A stretch of DNA of 64,000 nt from a virus. Shown in pieces: positions 1 to 7,988 of this stretch. The notes beneath the pieces are model-generated. The model was not told the origin of the DNA. It saw nothing but the letters and a program-made list of their open reading frames with translations, and made no database searches. Location: IMG/VR virus record IMGVR_UViG_3300023074_000001, positions 71,655 through 135,654 of that record. The stretch is one strand, 5' to 3'. A program made the translations under genes and the position numbers. Numbering within the stretch: the first letter of the stretch is position 1; each line of letters begins with the position of its first letter.

Positions 1-4
1 CACA

Positions 5-67
5 GCCCCGGCTAACAACCGGATTCTGGCTAGTGGTTAGGGCAGGTTCAAATCCTGCTAGGGGTAC
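5..67 (+). ncRNA. tRNA-like element (T-arm plus possible acceptor stem, no clear D-arm); may be truncated by the window edge
   Basis: GCAGG-TTCAAAT-CCTGC T-arm followed by TAGGGGT, partly complementary to GCCCCGG at 5-11; CTAAC/GTTAG inner stem. Confidence 0.35.
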
Positions 68-176
68 TTTTTAGACGTACAGTCTGCTATAGTCGCGGGT
101 AGCCTTGTAATGACTGTGCCAGGGTGTTGACCAACCTAGGATAAGGTTGATGCCTTGAAATTGCCGCGGCCTAAAC

Positions 177-205
177 TTGCAAAATCAGTTTTCACCTGTT
201 AGGGT
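177..205 (+). promoter_or_regulatory. housekeeping-sigma-type early promoter
   Basis: TTGCAA(177-182)-17 bp-TAGGGT(200-205); near-duplicate of the promoter at 292-320. Confidence 0.7.
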
Positions 206-211
206 TACGTA

Positions 212-295
212 GCAAGGCGAGGGATAACCGAAATGTAAGGTTGGTTATCTTAAACAACAGCTTAGGCTCTCAACCTAGACCGTGCCTCGCCTTGC
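212..295 (+). ncRNA. putative small structured RNA
   Basis: Starts about 6 nt after the -10 at 200-205; 11-bp perfect terminal stem GCAAGGCGAGG/CCTCGCCTTGC; inner GATAACC/GGTTATC and TAGG/CCTA hairpins. Confidence 0.55.
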
Positions 296-320
296 AAGAT
301 CAGCTTTCACCTGGTAGTGT
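292..320 (+). promoter_or_regulatory. early promoter
   Basis: TTGCAA-17-TAGTGT with extended TGn. Confidence 0.7.
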
Positions 321-356
321 TCTCCACATCAGCAACGACAAGCGGAAGGCAACACC

Positions 357-758
357 ATGAAGACTTACGCGGACTATCTCAACACCCTGACGGTCAAGGC
401 TCTGCGCGAGATTGTTTCCCAGTTTGGCTACAAGGGTACCTCTAAGTTCCTTAAGGCTAAGTTGGTTGAGATTGTTGACATGGAGGCCGGGGTCGCCTAC
501 GATGACGCGGTGAGTGAGAACCGTAAGCGCGTCGTGACCAAGATCGCTGCCGGTGCTTCGCTCAAGCTGGGAGGATTCGACTCCAGCGCATTCACCAATC
601 ACGTGCTGCCTATCGAGCGTGTGGAGCGTAAGGTGAACAACTACATGCGTCAGAACAACAGCGATAAGCTTACTCCGGCTCAGTGGCGGCGTACCCGCAA
701 GGCGATGCGTAAGGCTGGCATCAAGACCCTCAGTGAGTTGACTCTCACCTTCCCCTGA
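357..758 (+). CDS. early protein with N-terminal Rho-N-like (HeH) motif
   Basis: LNTLTVKALREIVSQFGYKGTSKFLKAKLVEIV resembles the Rho_N pattern; GGAAGG RBS; downstream of promoter. Confidence 0.7.
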   Translation: MKTYADYLNTLTVKALREIVSQFGYKGTSKFLKAKLVEIVDMEAGVAYDDAVSENRKRVVTKIAAGASLKLGGFDSSAFTNHVLPIERVERKVNNYMRQNNSDKLTPAQWRRTRKAMRKAGIKTLSELTLTFP

Positions 759-785
759 TCTATCTTGACAGAATAGGAAACTGAC

Positions 786-977
786 GTGAAAATCACTCAG
801 ATGCTCTTTCCTGTCCCCACTCCTGCCCTCTACGTCGGTAGTATGGAAGAGTGGCATGGGGATGTTACGGTGACCGGCCCCTATCCTCACTTTGGCGGAG
901 ATCGCTGGCGAGTAGAGCTTCCTTGCGGTGAGGTGCTATGGTGTCCAAACCGTAGTTCGTTCGTCACCAACGATTGA
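786..977 (+). CDS. hypothetical protein
   Basis: GTG start with AGGA RBS, co-oriented with neighbours. Confidence 0.55.
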   Translation: MKITQMLFPVPTPALYVGSMEEWHGDVTVTGPYPHFGGDRWRVELPCGEVLWCPNRSSFVTND

Positions 978-984
978 GCTATCC

Positions 985-1039
985 TGTGACCTAGACCACA
1001 CACCCTCATTTGCCTCACGGTAAAGGTGTGTGGTAGTGT
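985..1039 (+). promoter_or_regulatory. early promoter with upstream TGTGA-N6-(T/C)CACA box
   Basis: TGTGA-CCTAGA-CCACA(985-1000), 9 bp, TTGCCT-18-TAGTGT; ACCACACACC/GGTGTGTGGT inverted repeat around the -35. Confidence 0.65.
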
Positions 1040-1074
1040 TCTCCCATCAAGTCAGAACGAGTTAGGGAGTCACC

Positions 1075-1983
1075 ATGACGGATACGCGAGCACACACCTT
1101 TGACTGCGACTGCACCAGCTGCAACGCTCAGGATGCCGCTACTCCGGTTGGTATGGATCTCTTCCGCAAGCCGACTGCCATCCGTAATATCACTCCGGTA
1201 ACGACTCAGACGACCGGGCCGGTTCGTCACCTGAAAGCTGGTCAGCGAGTCGGTAACGGTCGGGTTCGCAAGATCAGCGACAAACAGGAGTGGTACATCA
1301 ATAAGCTGATCAATGAGCGTGACCTGACTGACCTCAAGATCCTTTCGAATCAGACCATAGACCCGGATGAGATTCCCTACATGGGGTTGCCTGCCGCTAA
1401 GGCTCTCATCGAGAAGTTGCTCGGAATGCCCTTCAAGGGAACTGATTCCCCCGTTCCCGCTAAGCAGGCTATTCCGGGTTCCCCCAAACAGCAGAAACTC
1501 ATTTCCGATCTCGCAACCGAGCGTAATCTGTCAGAATCAGATCTCGCGGCAATGGTCAAGATCTTCCCTAACGCAAGCAACCTGATTACGGCGCTGTTCA
1601 AGCTGCCTAAGCCCAACAAAGCTGATATGCTCAAAGAGGAAATCGCTAAGGCTACCGACAACGACGAATACATTCCGACCAAAATCATTCCTGGTTTCTA
1701 CAAGGACAACAACAACGATGTGTGGAAAGTACAATTCAATAAGGCACAGACGGGAATGTACGCTCTGCTGCGCATTACCCCTAAGAAGTACGAATACACA
1801 CCGGGTGCTATCAACAGCATCACTCCTGAGATGTTCGTCAGTCTCAATCCTCTCGATATCACGCTGGAGGAAGCTAAGGCATACGGTCGTAAGACTGGCT
1901 CCTGTTACATGTGTGGTCGGGAGCTGACCAAGCAGGAAAGCATTGATGCTGGTATCGGACCTATCTGTGCCGGTAAGTTCTGA
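1075..1983 (+). CDS. DUF6011-like zinc-binding phage protein
   Basis: C-terminal CYMCGRELT..SIDAGIGPIC motif; N-terminal HxxxCxCxxC; GGGAG RBS. Confidence 0.75.
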   Translation: MTDTRAHTFDCDCTSCNAQDAATPVGMDLFRKPTAIRNITPVTTQTTGPVRHLKAGQRVGNGRVRKISDKQEWYINKLINERDLTDLKILSNQTIDPDEIPYMGLPAAKALIEKLLGMPFKGTDSPVPAKQAIPGSPKQQKLISDLATERNLSESDLAAMVKIFPNASNLITALFKLPKPNKADMLKEEIAKATDNDEYIPTKIIPGFYKDNNNDVWKVQFNKAQTGMYALLRITPKKYEYTPGAINSITPEMFVSLNPLDITLEEAKAYGRKTGSCYMCGRELTKQESIDAGIGPICAGKF

Positions 1984-2798
1984 CAGAATAGGAATGGGAG
2001 GCAATGTCAATAAGCCCTCCCATTCTGCTAGAATCAGATATCAGAGGTGACTATCATAATGTACAAAGGATTAGCTCAAGAGATCACTATGTATAGCGAG
2101 GCTTGTAGCGAGGGAAGGATTACGGTAGAGCAATACTATTCATTGGTAGATCTGGCTATCGAATGGCATAAGCTGTTGGAGTCAGCACCTATACCGCGTT
2201 TTGTTCTTACTGCTCTAGCAAGGATTAATCACCGCAATTTCCGTCGCAGCCTTTCCCCAACCGTCCCTCAATCGCCTTCCACAAACCACTCTCCATCCTG
2301 ATCCTCCCTTCACACTCCCCTTTAGCTGTTCTATAACACTCTCCACAACGAGTTACTGCGAGTAATAAAATAAAAACTGAGAGTGATGTCCAATATGATC
2401 TTGATACCTACACAGACACAACTCACTAGAGAGCCCGTTTAAGGCACCTGAGAGCCAATCTGAGCAATGTTTACCCCCTACCCTATGTCTCAGGTAGCAA
2501 AGGCTCTAATTAGCTCTCTAAAACCCTCTCTGAGCCGTTTGACATACTGGCTTTACTCGACTAGTGTTGGCACCATGGTTATTCGATGCATGTGGCTGGC
2601 ATATGACATAGCCTTTCTGATCAACAATCTGCGCACATATGCCGTTCTCGGCTATGGATCTGGCGTATGTTTACGGAAAAGCGTTGACTCTCTGTGTATG
2701 CTACTGTCTTAATGTACCTACATCCTCGCCAGGTCAGAGCGTTTTGGGATGGCACCTCACACCTATAGACTAAGCCAGATGCTCACTCAAAGTAGTTG

Positions 2799-2827
2799 TT
2801 GACAACTTCAGCAGGCTCGACTAGTGT
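2799..2827 (+). promoter_or_regulatory. early promoter
   Basis: TTGACA-17-TAGTGT. Confidence 0.75.
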
Positions 2828-2862
2828 TCTTCCTATCAGCACAACGACCTAAGGGAGTCATC

Positions 2863-3060
2863 ATGAAGCTCAAGACGTGGGACATGATCGAACTGTTCGG
2901 TACCACTCACGTTCGCATCCCGCAGAGCACGATGGCGGTTTGTGAGGCTACCCTCAACCCCAACATTGAGGTAACCGTGATCGACAACATCCGTCAGAGC
3001 ATCACGTGTGACCGTTGTCTCACTACTCTCCAGAGTCTCCAGATTCCCACTAGCGTGTGA
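2863..3060 (+). CDS. small Cys/His-containing hypothetical protein
   Basis: ATG at 2863 with AAGGGAG RBS; H..C..CDRC motif. Confidence 0.65.
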   Translation: MKLKTWDMIELFGTTHVRIPQSTMAVCEATLNPNIEVTVIDNIRQSITCDRCLTTLQSLQIPTSV

Positions 3061-3109
3061 CCTAGTTCACAGGATGGGGGTTGCAAGATCGGCCCCCATC
3101 CACTAGGGT
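3056..3109 (+). promoter_or_regulatory. early promoter with perfect TGTGA-N6-TCACA box
   Basis: TGTGA-CCTAGT-TCACA(3056-3071), 9 bp, TTGCAA-17-TAGGGT; GGATGGGGG/CCCCCATCC inverted repeat. Confidence 0.7.
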
Positions 3110-3116
3110 TTGTGTT

Positions 3117-3258
3117 GTAAGGCAAGCGGGACGCGGTAGGCGACACAAACACCGGTAAGCAGAAGCAAGGCACAGGATGTCTTGGGGATGTAATCGGTGA
3201 AGAAAGCCTAGTAGTTCTCGAAAAGCAGATGATCGCTACTTTCCTCCGCTTGCCTTAC
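3117..3258 (+). ncRNA. putative small structured RNA
   Basis: 13-bp perfect terminal stem GTAAGGCAAGCGG/CCGCTTGCCTTAC beginning just after a -10 element; no credible ORF. Confidence 0.55.
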
Positions 3259-3278
3259 CAGACAACCTCTGATAGTGT
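3250..3278 (+). promoter_or_regulatory. early promoter
   Basis: TTGCCT-17-TAGTGT. Confidence 0.65.
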
Positions 3279-3283
3279 TTCTC

Positions 3284-3344
3284 TCAGAATCAGATACCGA
3301 CGTAACCGCGCAATGCGGGCTAACACAACTGGTGAAGATTCTGA
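3284..3344 (+). ncRNA. putative small structured RNA
   Basis: TCAGAATC/GATTCTGA terminal stem with inner CCGC-GCAAT-GCGG hairpin, between two promoters. Confidence 0.45.
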
Positions 3345-3354
3345 CAGATTCAAC

Positions 3355-3383
3355 TTGCACGGCAACCGCAAGCCTGGTAGTGT
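3355..3383 (+). promoter_or_regulatory. early promoter
   Basis: TTGCAC-17-TAGTGT with extended TGn. Confidence 0.7.
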
Positions 3384-3421
3384 TCTCCATATCAGCAAGT
3401 CAACGAGCTAGGGAGTGCATC

Positions 3422-4111
3422 ATGTCGGAAGCCCTGAAGACCTACTACAGCCTCAGCGCGAAGCTCCCCCGCACCAACTCGGTTCGTGCTGCCGCCGCCA
3501 GCTTGGTCCAGTCTTCCGCCATGGGCACCAACGAGGAGGTCATCCGCAAGGCGAACGGCTGGCTCCTCCAGGAAATCTTGGAAATGGGCTTGACGACCGA
3601 TGACGGCTCGACTAGTGTTGACCACAACAGCAACGACAACGCCTCGGAGGACACCATGTACGCCGACACCCTGAACTCGAAGAACTACACCGTCAAGGCT
3701 CTGAAGGAGATCGCTAAGCGGATGGGGCTCAAGCGGTACTCGGCGCTCCGTAAGGCTGACCTGGCGAACCTGATCGCGGAGAACATCGAGATTCCGGTGA
3801 TCCTGAGCACCGAGGTTGAGGCTGACATCGTGCCGATCAGCGAGATCATGGAGGCGGTCAAGGCTGAGCTTGCCGCTAGCACCCCCGTTAAGGCTCCTCA
3901 GATGGCCGCTACCGAGACAGATGCGGATGAGGATGCTCCCCTGACGGTAGAGGAGATCGTGACCGCCTACACGAACATGAAGCGCACGTGGAACCGTGCA
4001 ACCGGCAAGCTTGCCCTGAGCCTGATGACCAAGCTGATCAAGATGCGCACTGAGGTCAAGGCCATGGGGTTCAACCCGGTGGCCGTGGGTATGGGTTACT
4101 CGGTAGCGTGA
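3422..4111 (+). CDS. early protein with internal Rho-N-like domain
   Basis: YTVKALKEIAKRMGLKRYSALRKADLANLI; ATG at 3422 with GGGAG RBS; high-GC codon usage. Confidence 0.75.
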   Translation: MSEALKTYYSLSAKLPRTNSVRAAAASLVQSSAMGTNEEVIRKANGWLLQEILEMGLTTDDGSTSVDHNSNDNASEDTMYADTLNSKNYTVKALKEIAKRMGLKRYSALRKADLANLIAENIEIPVILSTEVEADIVPISEIMEAVKAELAASTPVKAPQMAATETDADEDAPLTVEEIVTAYTNMKRTWNRATGKLALSLMTKLIKMRTEVKAMGFNPVAVGMGYSVA

Positions 4112-4161
4112 CATACCTCACAGGATAGGGGTTGCATACGGTAGCCCCTACCTACTAGGGT
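4107..4161 (+). promoter_or_regulatory. early promoter with CGTGA-N6-TCACA box
   Basis: CGTGA-CATACC-TCACA(4107-4122), 9 bp, TTGCAT-18-TAGGGT. Confidence 0.65.
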
Positions 4162-4201
4162 AGTACCTAGATAGCTTACCTACACAGAATGGATACCCAC
4201 C

Positions 4202-4591
4202 ATGATCGCACGTATCATCGCCCTACTGCTCACCCTACTGGTAGCGGGTACCGTAGCCACCGCATGTAGCACCCCTGAGAGTGCCGTACAGACCATGGTC
4301 AGTGTCACCCCTACTGCTACCCCTAGCCTGCCTGTGTGTGTGGTGGAGGATGGTGCAGGGCAGGCACTGTGTATGTGGGATGCGCACAGGGCAGGCAATG
4401 GCATGGGTACTGATGTGGTCAGTGGTGACTGTGCTCTCACTCTCACACACGATGACATGACACAGGGCATGTGCCTCAACGTGCATCACGATGGGGTTGA
4501 CGGGCCTGATGCGGTACGGGAATGCAATGACATTTACGAGCAGGCTAAGGGCAAAGTCAATTTGCTCGAATGTTATCGGGCAATGCTTTGA
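4202..4591 (+). CDS. putative lipoprotein, Cys-rich
   Basis: Hydrophobic signal ending in ATA-C lipobox; PVCVVEDG..C.WDA...GNG.G motif. Confidence 0.7.
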   Translation: MIARIIALLLTLLVAGTVATACSTPESAVQTMVSVTPTATPSLPVCVVEDGAGQALCMWDAHRAGNGMGTDVVSGDCALTLTHDDMTQGMCLNVHHDGVDGPDAVRECNDIYEQAKGKVNLLECYRAML

Positions 4592-4611
4592 CAATAAAAG
4601 AATGGTAATGC

Positions 4612-4670
4612 AATTGCACCGGAAAAGGGGAATGCGAAAAACACTCCTCAATTCCGGTGCAATTTTTTTT
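4612..4670 (+). terminator. inverted repeat plus T-run ending the early region
   Basis: AATTGCACCGGAA / TTCCGGTGCAATT followed by a T-run. Confidence 0.55.
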
Positions 4671-4768
4671 ATGCCCGCGACAGCTGTTGGGATTTTTATA
4701 GTTAATTCCTACTAAACCGATAGGATATCCTCTGAGTTCTCCACAACTAATATAATACAGAACAGGGA

Positions 4769-4851
4769 GTTTCCAAGGAAACCAACCCTAAAATCTGCTG
4801 GAAACCTCAAGGAAACTCCCCTGGAAACGTTCTGGAAACCACCTTGGAAAC
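4769..4851. repeat. clt-like array of GGAAAC direct repeats (candidate TraB recognition sequences)
   Basis: GGAAAC at 4777, 4800, 4811, 4823, 4834, 4846 (spacing 23,11,12,11,12) plus inverted GTTTCC at 4769; abuts the traB-like stop codon. Confidence 0.75.
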
Positions 4852-6870
4852 TTAGCCTAAATAGCGCCAGAATCCTTCCGGTGTCTTCTCCAGTCTACCC
4901 TCTGACTGCATAGCGGTGAGCCTCTTACTGACCCATGATTTACCTCTGTCTGCCGTCATGGATTCCTGTATTTCCTTGTTGACGAAGGTAGTCTTTCCTT
5001 CGGCTTTCCAGGACTCCAGAATATTGTAAACCTCCGCAATAGCTGAAGCAGTCTCATAAGGATCTGTACCTAAATTCCCAGTAGTTTGCGCCTTGGTAGG
5101 AATTACTTGAGTAGGTTGTGCGGGACTCAAGTCTATAGTTTCTAGATCCTCCAATGTCAATACTTGCGTATCAGGTGCTACCGGCCAATCCTTTGTGGTG
5201 TCTCTGAATCCTCTGTTGGATCTCATTTCCTGCCAGGAGGTACTACCCGCAGCTACACTATCTCTATAAGCCTGGTAATCCAAACCTAATGCATCAGCGG
5301 TAATATTGTCCATAGGATACTCAGGATATGAATCCACATGCTGCTCTAGATTTCTTACATCTATCCAGTCACTAAGAAGCTGATGAGACGCTAGTCTCTG
5401 ATCTATCCCAGCAGCCTCTAGATAGAAATGGCCGGGGAATCTATCCTGCCATAAATGCGGGCTAGCTCCCGATGAACGAGCATACTCCGATAACCCGAAC
5501 TCAGCATCTCTTTTAGCTTTGACGCCGAAACACATATTACCGCCGAGGTTATAGCGAGCTGAGGTATTGATACGGTCAGCAGTAGCACGCTGAAGACTAA
5601 GCACAATAGTTATTCCAGCAGAACGAGCAGCCTCTAGAAGTTCGATCAAATCATTGACCTTAGCAAAACGAGCAGCCTCCTCCAGATGGAAAATCAAGAA
5701 GTTAAGACCGCAACCTGACTCCCAATGAGATAATCCTATGCTGGTAAGGTAATTAGTACGAGCCTCAACAGCATTGATGACAGCATCAATCTGTTTCAGA
5801 CAATCATCCTCGGTCCAGGCGAACCAAGCCAGCTTAGAAGCCAGAGGCCCCCCTGTCTGCATACCTTTAGCAGGATCTCCATAGATGACAGACACCTCAC
5901 TACGAGCCAATACGGTACCATAAATAGCCTGCCAAGCCTTTGACTTACCTGTTCCTGGCATTCCTACAGTAAGGAAATGCTGAGATGAGCCTCCATCTTT
6001 TCCAGCAATATAGATGACACCACGCTGACCTGTGTCATAAGTAGCGAATCCTACAGGAGCAACAATCGATTGACCAGGGTATTCTGGCCCCAGCCAAGGA
6101 TTCTTAGTCTTAAAAGGATTCTCATCGAGAATAGTAATATCTACTTCACCTTCGATACCGGAATCTGTTTCTGAAACGTGTACTAGAGTACGAGGCTTAC
6201 CAGCTATTTGAGCCATCTCGATAGCCTTACTCTTAGCATCCTCTATTCTTTTACCTAAGCTAAGTTTCATACGGTAGACAGCACCATTACTGGTTTTGTA
6301 GCTCTTTTCCTTGTTGATATGGGTAGATTCACCCAGACCGATAGCAGCAAAGGGATTCTCACTTTTAGTGCTGTTCTCGTTGTCTTCACCTCTGTAGGCC
6401 CACCTGCGAATACACCAGGATAAACCTAGAACAGCTCCACCGTACATGAAAGTATAGACCGTAGGCATACCGAACATCCACTCACCGAGATCCTGCCATA
6501 CTGCAATAATCATCCATACGTGTACTAATACAGAAGTAACAGCAGCATGTACAGAAATGAAGTGATGAAATTGGTCTCTAGGTCGAAAAAGTTTCCAGGC
6601 TAATGCTGATAAAATCAGCATACTAACAACAATAATAATTGTCAGTACCTGACTAGCATCTACTGCGGAGGTATCCCCCCAATTCACCTGTGCCCATACA
6701 CCTAATCTACTGATAACAGCCATGAGAAAAGCTAAACCCGCCCCGATGAGCATAGCAATATACGGTAAAGCTTTACCGAACAGTGCGTATTCATCATCGT
6801 AGCGGGTTACGTTAATGTTTCTTGTTGCCACAGCGACTCCTGTCTTATTGTCCTCTACTCTAGAGAGCAT
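4852..6870 (-). CDS. traB: FtsK/SpoIIIE-family conjugative DNA translocase, Streptomyces plasmid/AICE TraB-like
   Basis: N-terminal TM helices; Walker A GMPGTGKS; Walker B FHLEEA; ARSAGITIVLSLQR; C-terminal wHTH (RGKSWVSKRL..MQSEGRLE..PEGFWR); start at 6870 inferred from promoter TTGCAC-18-TATGCT 7 nt upstream. Confidence 0.85.
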   Translation of the reverse strand: MLSRVEDNKTGVAVATRNINVTRYDDEYALFGKALPYIAMLIGAGLAFLMAVISRLGVWAQVNWGDTSAVDASQVLTIIIVVSMLILSALAWKLFRPRDQFHHFISVHAAVTSVLVHVWMIIAVWQDLGEWMFGMPTVYTFMYGGAVLGLSWCIRRWAYRGEDNENSTKSENPFAAIGLGESTHINKEKSYKTSNGAVYRMKLSLGKRIEDAKSKAIEMAQIAGKPRTLVHVSETDSGIEGEVDITILDENPFKTKNPWLGPEYPGQSIVAPVGFATYDTGQRGVIYIAGKDGGSSQHFLTVGMPGTGKSKAWQAIYGTVLARSEVSVIYGDPAKGMQTGGPLASKLAWFAWTEDDCLKQIDAVINAVEARTNYLTSIGLSHWESGCGLNFLIFHLEEAARFAKVNDLIELLEAARSAGITIVLSLQRATADRINTSARYNLGGNMCFGVKAKRDAEFGLSEYARSSGASPHLWQDRFPGHFYLEAAGIDQRLASHQLLSDWIDVRNLEQHVDSYPEYPMDNITADALGLDYQAYRDSVAAGSTSWQEMRSNRGFRDTTKDWPVAPDTQVLTLEDLETIDLSPAQPTQVIPTKAQTTGNLGTDPYETASAIAEVYNILESWKAEGKTTFVNKEIQESMTADRGKSWVSKRLTAMQSEGRLEKTPEGFWRYLG

Positions 6871-6907
6871 AAGAGTCAGCATAGCACGATTATTTCTTAG
6901 TGTGCAA

Positions 6908-7096
6908 CTATCTGTCTTTGCGAGAATCCCAGGCCACGGAAGCTATAAGCCCACAAATTACCCCAGAGGGTAGGATTCCTATTAAGGTAAAAAACCAATA
7001 AAAGGAATCCGTTAGACCAAGGTAGATGCAGAAGCCTATGACTATCGCAAAAATGCAAGTCAAAATAGAGAACCCTGCGAATATTAAGTTTTCCAT
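6908..7096 (-). CDS. small two-TM membrane protein (possible Spd-type accessory)
   Basis: MENLIFAGF.. 62 aa with two hydrophobic segments; coupled to the upstream gene. Confidence 0.6.
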   Translation of the reverse strand: MENLIFAGFSILTCIFAIVIGFCIYLGLTDSFYWFFTLIGILPSGVICGLIASVAWDSRKDR

Positions 7097-7097
7097 G

Positions 7098-7979
7098 TTA
7101 CACTTTCTGTCTGGCTCTATGTACAGCCTTGTACATAGAGCCGTATTGAATGTCCGAACCCTTGACAATTCTTGCCCAGGACAAAATAGTATTGATGTCC
7201 AGTTGACCATTCTGTACACAGATCTCTGCGATTTTTGCCAAGGACATGGTTGGCTCTCTGGGAAGCCAGTCGGGAAGGATGACTAGTTCACCCTCGTACA
7301 CAACATCATCGATGTCTTGTTCTGTTCTTGGCATGACAAGTTCTGTCTTTTCAACAATCTGTACATTGTTAGTCGCTGTCTCAGACATGTCCAGCTGTGG
7401 GATGTCTATAATGTCTTCTTGTACGACAGCCTTCCCAACAAAAATGGCATGTCTATCCTCAGGAATGTCAAGCTTGTCAGCGGCATCTACCAGGCGTTTC
7501 TGCATAGAAATACTCATCAACTGCCATGTTTGTTTACGATACCTAACCCATGTCAATATTCCCACTCTTGGCAATCTTGGCACTAGTGTACCAGCTGTGC
7601 GGCGTTGCTGCCTTGTCATGAAGGACAACATGACCTTCAACATGACACCCGCAATAACAGGAGCAGCCCCAAACATGACCATGCCAACAATTCCGTAGTC
7701 ATTGACTAGAGCATGTTGTACATTGATGTAAACACTTGTCAGGACAAAAGTAAATGCCCACAACTCAGGCCAGACACCGCTGTCGTCTGTCTTGGCATAT
7801 TCAATAGCCATCATGCCAAGCCAAATGGCACCCAGGTCAAATGCTAAGGATACACCGGCGGACAAAAGCCAAGGAAGGTCAAACCCATTAGTTGCCAAGT
7901 CGGTCATAGAATACCAAGACATAGACAAAGCAATGACAACAACTACAGCAAATAAAATCCAGTGATACCATCTGATCAT
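7098..7979 (-). CDS. DUF2637/Spd-like membrane protein with C-terminal putative DNA-binding domain
   Basis: Four TM segments with ALSMSW..L, LAFDLGA, S.YINV.HA and AAPV motifs typical of actinomycete plasmid spread proteins; helical basic C-terminus. Confidence 0.7.
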   Translation of the reverse strand: MIRWYHWILFAVVVVIALSMSWYSMTDLATNGFDLPWLLSAGVSLAFDLGAIWLGMMAIEYAKTDDSGVWPELWAFTFVLTSVYINVQHALVNDYGIVGMVMFGAAPVIAGVMLKVMLSFMTRQQRRTAGTLVPRLPRVGILTWVRYRKQTWQLMSISMQKRLVDAADKLDIPEDRHAIFVGKAVVQEDIIDIPQLDMSETATNNVQIVEKTELVMPRTEQDIDDVVYEGELVILPDWLPREPTMSLAKIAEICVQNGQLDINTILSWARIVKGSDIQYGSMYKAVHRARQKV

Positions 7980-7988
7980 GCGGACTCC

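Noticed and set aside
2047-2712. ORFs 2047-2301 and 2467-2712 as genes
   Set aside because: No recognisable motifs and atypical composition; left uncalled
300-4651. Long minus-strand ORFs (300-890, 1537-2010, 3392-4114, 4235-4651)
   Set aside because: Antisense shadows of GC-rich plus-strand genes that have promoters and RBSs
4717-4721. CCGAT as a late promoter
   Set aside because: No plus-strand gene follows; it could be chance or antisense to traB
4769-4851. Short repeat array as CRISPR
   Set aside because: Units are only 6-8 bp with few-bp gaps; no spacers and no cas genes
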